From positions 29,477 to 93,476 of IMG/VR virus record IMGVR_UViG_3300049137_000145: DNA of 64,000 nt. One strand, written 5' to 3'. This document shows, in pieces, positions 60,573 through 64,000 of the stretch. The DNA comes from a virus. The notes under the pieces are model-generated. The model was not told where the DNA came from and did no database searches. It worked only from the letters and a program-made list of their open reading frames with translations. The translations under genes were made by a program, and so were the position numbers. Position 1 is the stretch's first letter; every line of letters begins with the position of its first letter.

Positions 60573-62119
60573 CTGAGGTCGCGGACTGGCTGCCCCGCGT
60601 GTCTGCGGACGAAGAGGTGGACCGGACTGCACTCGCCCGGTCCGCCGGACACCCTGATCTGACGGAGTGTCTGCGCACGGCCAGTCTGCTGAACGATTTC
60701 GCCGACGCCTGCCCCTGCGAGGCCTCCGGGGACCGGGCTCTGCACGCCATGCTGCGGGCCGTCGAATGCGCCCACGCGGTGGCCGAGGACCGGGACACCT
60801 CCGCGATGGCGCACCAGGCCAGGAGTGAACGGGCCGCGCTGACGCTGGGCCTGCTGGAGTCCGAAGGGCCCCTCACCCGGCAGCGGCTGGCCGCGCTGGA
60901 CCCTGAGACGTACGAGCTGCTGGAGTGGTACGCGGCGCCCTGGCCCATCGAATGGCTGTTCCCACCGGTGCTCGACTTCAGGGGCCGCCCGGTACTTCCC
61001 CGGATCGTGGTCCTGTTCTCGGGGCCCGGCGGACTCACGCAGGGGATTCTCCGCATCCTGCGGGCACGGGCGGACGTCATCGGCGTGGACCTGGACCCGG
61101 GGGCGTGCGCGACGTCGCGGGCCGCCGGGTTCCGCGTCATCCAGGCGGACGTCACGGCGCTGGACCCTGAACACCCGTGTTTGCAGCACGTCGTCGGAAT
61201 CGTCGTCACCGCGCCGTGCCCGGCGTTCAGCCCTGCGGGGCGGCGGCTGGGACACCACGAGGACGCCATTCGTCTGATCGAGGACACGGCCCTTGAAGTC
61301 GCGGCAGCCGGCGGATTCTTTCCCTGGCAGGACTCCCCCACCGGCTACGCCCCGCGCACCGGGCTGTCCTGGGACGAGGTGCGTGAACCCCTGGAGGCTC
61401 TGGCCGACCCGCGCGCCGGGTTGATGGCGGAGGTGGTCATCTGGCCGCTGGCGATGCTCGCCCGGGGCGGCGGCGTGGAGTGGGTGGCGGTCGAGCAATC
61501 GAGCGCGCTCCCCCAGCGGATCGAGGACGCGCTGATCGGCCGCCTGCGCGAAGCGGGGTGGCACACCGCCGAGACGTGGACGCTGGACGCAGCCGACTAC
61601 GGCTCTGCCTCGCACCGGCGACGGAAGCTGATGGCCGTGTACCGGGGCGAAAAGCCATTTGTCGACTTGCACCCGTCGCGGCCGTTCCCAGTGACGACGT
61701 TCGCCGAAGTCGTCGGGTGGCCCGCCGGGCGGACCGTTTTGACGCGGGGCCGTCGGCCCCTGGACCCGGTGACCGGCCGGGCCAAGGGCGGTGGTTCGAG
61801 ATCCGCCGACCGGCCGTCGACCTGCGTCACGGCGACCGCGTACGCGTGGCAGGACTCCGTGACTGGCGAGCGTATCGCGCAGGAGGACATCGGCCGCCTG
61901 ATCGGATTCCCGGAGGACTACCCCTGGCGCCACGTCGGCCGGGGCCGGGGCGTGCGGGCCAAGGCGCAGCAGGCAGCGGACGTGGTGTGCCCGATGGTGG
62001 CTGCCGCGCTGTTCGGCCGGATCCTCGGTGACCCGTGCTGGGAGGACAAGGTCCGGGCGTACGTCGCCAAGATCTACGGCAAGAGCGAGGTACACCCGGA
62101 TGTGGGGGCCGCGGCGTGA
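60569..62119 (+). CDS. DNA (cytosine-5) methyltransferase-like protein with about 150-aa N-terminal extension
   Basis: Motif I LFSGPGGLTQG, IV TAPCPAFS, VI-like VEQSSAL, VIII-like SHRRRKLMAV and X-like AADVVCP. Confidence 0.75.
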   Translation: MTEVADWLPRVSADEEVDRTALARSAGHPDLTECLRTASLLNDFADACPCEASGDRALHAMLRAVECAHAVAEDRDTSAMAHQARSERAALTLGLLESEGPLTRQRLAALDPETYELLEWYAAPWPIEWLFPPVLDFRGRPVLPRIVVLFSGPGGLTQGILRILRARADVIGVDLDPGACATSRAAGFRVIQADVTALDPEHPCLQHVVGIVVTAPCPAFSPAGRRLGHHEDAIRLIEDTALEVAAAGGFFPWQDSPTGYAPRTGLSWDEVREPLEALADPRAGLMAEVVIWPLAMLARGGGVEWVAVEQSSALPQRIEDALIGRLREAGWHTAETWTLDAADYGSASHRRRKLMAVYRGEKPFVDLHPSRPFPVTTFAEVVGWPAGRTVLTRGRRPLDPVTGRAKGGGSRSADRPSTCVTATAYAWQDSVTGERIAQEDIGRLIGFPEDYPWRHVGRGRGVRAKAQQAADVVCPMVAAALFGRILGDPCWEDKVRAYVAKIYGKSEVHPDVGAAA

Positions 62120-62149
62120 CTGACTGACTGACAACCGAACAGCACATTC

Positions 62150-62180
62150 AGGCCCCGGAGTCTCACGGCTCCGGGGCCTC
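62150..62180 (+). terminator. hairpin
   Basis: AGGCCCCGGAG-n8-CTCCGGGGCCT. Confidence 0.6.
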
Positions 62181-62206
62181 TTCGTGTCCCGGGCCGGCCG
62201 CACTGA

Positions 62207-62365
62207 TTACAGAGCGCCGGCCAATTCCCTTTCCGAGGGCGGCGAATAACCAGTTTTCGTGACGCTGCGCCGGCATTTGGGGCCTGTGGAATTGCCGGCT
62301 ACTTTGCCGGGACGCAGCTGGCTGACCTGCGATTTTGGCTTATCTGACGGGTTGTACGTCTTCAT
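62207..62365 (-). CDS. possible small basic protein (52 aa) in a lower-GC patch
   Basis: Hand-translated MKTYNPSDKPKSQVSQLRPGKVAGNSTGPKCRRSVTKTGYSPPSERELAGAL with atypical codon usage. Its start lies inside the spacer of promoter 62348-62390. Confidence 0.25.
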   Translation of the reverse strand: MKTYNPSDKPKSQVSQLRPGKVAGNSTGPKCRRSVTKTGYSPPSERELAGAL

Positions 62366-62390
62366 GATTCCTGATTTAATTAAATCAGTT
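62348..62390 (+). promoter_or_regulatory. conserved phage promoter with a perfect 18-bp palindrome
   Basis: GGGTTGTAC: -35 at 62352-57, spacer 17 nt, -10 TTTAAT at 62375-80. CTGATTTAATTAAATCAG is a perfect palindrome. Confidence 0.65.
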
Positions 62391-62436
62391 CGGGCGGTCC
62401 CGGACTGACCAAGGAATCAGGAACGAGGAACCGACC

Positions 62437-63495
62437 ATGATTGAAAATACCGAAGTGGTTGACCTGTTCGGCGGTCCCGGTGGATGGGACGTCGCGGCCC
62501 GGCGGTTGGGCCTGACCGTGACGGGCGTGGAGGTCAGCCGCCCCGCGTGCGAGACTCGCAGGGCGGCCGGGCTGGGCACCGTAGAAGGCGACGTGAGGGC
62601 CTACGGCCCAGCGGACTTTCCCCGGGCGCGACACCTGATCGGCTCGCCCCCGTGTCAACCGTTCGCGGTGAACGGACTGGGCAAGGGGCGCCGGGCCCTG
62701 GACGCGGTGCTCACCTTCGCCGACCGGCTTGCGGCCCGCCAGGACATCCAGCGGGACCTCCAGACACTGAACGACGAACGCACGGGCCTGGTGCTAGAGC
62801 CGTTGCGCTGGGCCTTGGAGGCCATCGACCTCGGGTGCCCGTACGAGACGGTGATGCTGGAACAGGTCTCCCCTGTGCTGCCCGTCTGGGATGCGGTCGC
62901 CCGCATTCTCACGGCCGAGGGGTACGGCGTGGCCACAGGGCGGCTGTCGTCGGAGACCTACGGCGTCCCGCAGACCCGGGTACGTGCCATCCTCGTAGCC
63001 CGGCTGGGCGGCGCGGCGGCGCTGCCTGACCCGACGCACCGTAAGTACCGCAAGGCTGTCCCGCAAGACGGGGGAGACCCGGAGCTGCTGCCGTGGCGGT
63101 CCATGGCTGAAGGGTGCGGTTGGGGGATGACCCACAGGCCTGCGCTGACCATCACCGTCGGCACGGCGGCGGGCGGGGCGGATCCGTCCTGCGTCGGCGG
63201 TTCCGGAGCCCGGACCACGTTGTACGGCGAGCGGGACGCGGGCCGTTGGATAGCTGACACCCGGTTGCTCCCGGCGGACGAACTGCCTGCGTACCGGGGC
63301 GGGCGCCGGGACACAATCCGCGTTCGCGTGGAGGACGCGGCGGCTCTCCAGTCGTTCCCCAAGGGGTATCCGTTCCAGGGCAGCCGGACGCAGCAGTACC
63401 AACAGGTCGGCGACGCGTTCCCACCACTGATGGCCGAGGCGGTCATCCGCGAGGTGATGCGGGCGGAACTCGGTTCGCTGGCCGAGGCGGCCTGA
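62437..63495 (+). CDS. DNA (cytosine-5) methyltransferase
   Basis: Motif I DLFGGPGGW, IV GSPPCQPFA, VI-like LEQVSPV, VIII PQTRVRAILVA and X QVGDAFPP. Confidence 0.85.
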   Translation: MIENTEVVDLFGGPGGWDVAARRLGLTVTGVEVSRPACETRRAAGLGTVEGDVRAYGPADFPRARHLIGSPPCQPFAVNGLGKGRRALDAVLTFADRLAARQDIQRDLQTLNDERTGLVLEPLRWALEAIDLGCPYETVMLEQVSPVLPVWDAVARILTAEGYGVATGRLSSETYGVPQTRVRAILVARLGGAAALPDPTHRKYRKAVPQDGGDPELLPWRSMAEGCGWGMTHRPALTITVGTAAGGADPSCVGGSGARTTLYGERDAGRWIADTRLLPADELPAYRGGRRDTIRVRVEDAAALQSFPKGYPFQGSRTQQYQQVGDAFPPLMAEAVIREVMRAELGSLAEAA

Positions 63496-63508
63496 CCGGC
63501 GTGGCCCG

Positions 63509-63553
63509 GGAGTTGGACAACTCCCGGGCCCTATGATTTAATTAAGTCATCGA
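63509..63553 (+). promoter_or_regulatory. conserved phage promoter overlapping a terminator hairpin
   Basis: -35 TTGGAC at 63513-18, spacer 18 nt, -10 TTTAAT at 63537-42, followed by TAAGTCATCGA. The hairpin GGCCCGGGAGTT-ggac-AACTCCCGGGCC lies at 63503-30. Confidence 0.65.
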
Positions 63554-63575
63554 CCAAGGAACGAAGGAGACCGGC

Positions 63576-63797
63576 ATGGAAGCTGATAGGGCGAACTGGG
63601 CCGAGGCCACGGCGGATGACCTGCGCCGAGGCGTTGTGTTCCGTTTCGACGGAGAGCCCGAAAGCAAGAGCAGCGTCGTCACCTCCCGCTGGGACGAAGA
63701 CGGTGAAGTGAAGGTGTTCAGCCGGAACGTGGTCAACGGGCGTCCCGACGGCCGCTCAGCGCTGAAACCGGACAGCCCGGTGTTGACCCTCCTCTGA
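63576..63797 (+). CDS. hypothetical protein (73 aa)
   Basis: ATG after GACCAAGGAACGAAGGAGACCGGC. Confidence 0.6.
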   Translation: MEADRANWAEATADDLRRGVVFRFDGEPESKSSVVTSRWDEDGEVKVFSRNVVNGRPDGRSALKPDSPVLTLL

Positions 63798-63801
63798 ACA
63801 C

Positions 63802-63843
63802 AGCGAAGCCCCGGAGCCGTATGCGGCCCGGGGCTTCGCTGTG
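63802..63843 (+). terminator. hairpin
   Basis: CAGCGAAGCCCCGG-n12-CCCGGGGCTTCGCTG. Confidence 0.65.
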
Positions 63844-63846
63844 TTC

Positions 63847-63892
63847 GGGGTTGTGTCTCGCCCCGAGCTATGGTTTAATTAATTCATCGGGA
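63847..63892 (+). promoter_or_regulatory. conserved phage promoter
   Basis: GGGGTTGTGT: -35 at 63852-57, spacer 17 nt, -10 TTTAAT at 63875-80, followed by TAATTCATCGGGAC. This is nearly identical to copy 4662-4710. Confidence 0.7.
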
Positions 63893-64000
63893 CGCCGGCT
63901 GGGTGGACCGGGCCGCGACCGCCGCGAACAGGCGGGGAAGCCGGCCCAGCCGGCGTCCCGGACAGACCGACCGCAGACCAGGGAGACGAGGAACCGACCA

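Noticed and set aside
60353-62203. 616-aa minus-strand ORF.
   Set aside because: It is an antisense shadow of the methyltransferase-like gene 60569..62119.

Overview
High-GC (roughly 68-70% by eye) actinobacterial, Streptomyces-type temperate phage or prophage-like element. No rRNA or CRISPR is present. Two divergent gene blocks meet at a switch region at about 32.57-32.79 kb.

Leftward block (1-32566, minus strand):
- Morphogenesis and lysis: MuF/prohead-protease fusion, portal, TerL, a TerS-like protein, and a secreted Rpf-NlpC/P60-LysM lysin.
- Replication: a 1447-aa Toprim-SF3 helicase-PolA fusion.
- A translationally coupled operon of ParB-like, C5-DNA-methyltransferase, AsnB-like amidotransferase and CmoA-like genes.
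- An unusual about 8.3 kb insert between terL and portal. It carries a tyrosine integrase, an XRE/TPR regulator, a DEDDh exonuclease and a second SF3 helicase.

Rightward block (32792-64000, plus strand):
- An SF2 helicase and a Cys-rich giant ORF with a Cas4/RecB-like nuclease end.
- A tRNA-like element and a RuvC-like resolvase (on the minus strand).
- An actinomycete plasmid-type DUF2637/TraB(FtsK) transfer-like module flanked by short-repeat arrays.
- Glycosyltransferase and epimerase genes, two further C5-methyltransferases, and many small ORFs.

The whole window is punctuated by a stereotyped cassette: GC hairpin terminator, then a conserved promoter (GGGGTTGTSC-N17-TTTAAT plus an AT-rich box), then a double Shine-Dalgarno leader (GACCAAGGAAYGAGGAA).

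Most interesting candidates:
- A possible CxSAM-dependent cytosine hypermodification pathway.
- The conjugation-like module with candidate clt-like arrays.
- A 33-bp perfect inverted repeat bracketing a promoter-bearing 1.2 kb cassette.
- Frame-switch anomalies inside the 1186-aa ORF.

All functional calls come from motif recognition by eye. No database searches were run.
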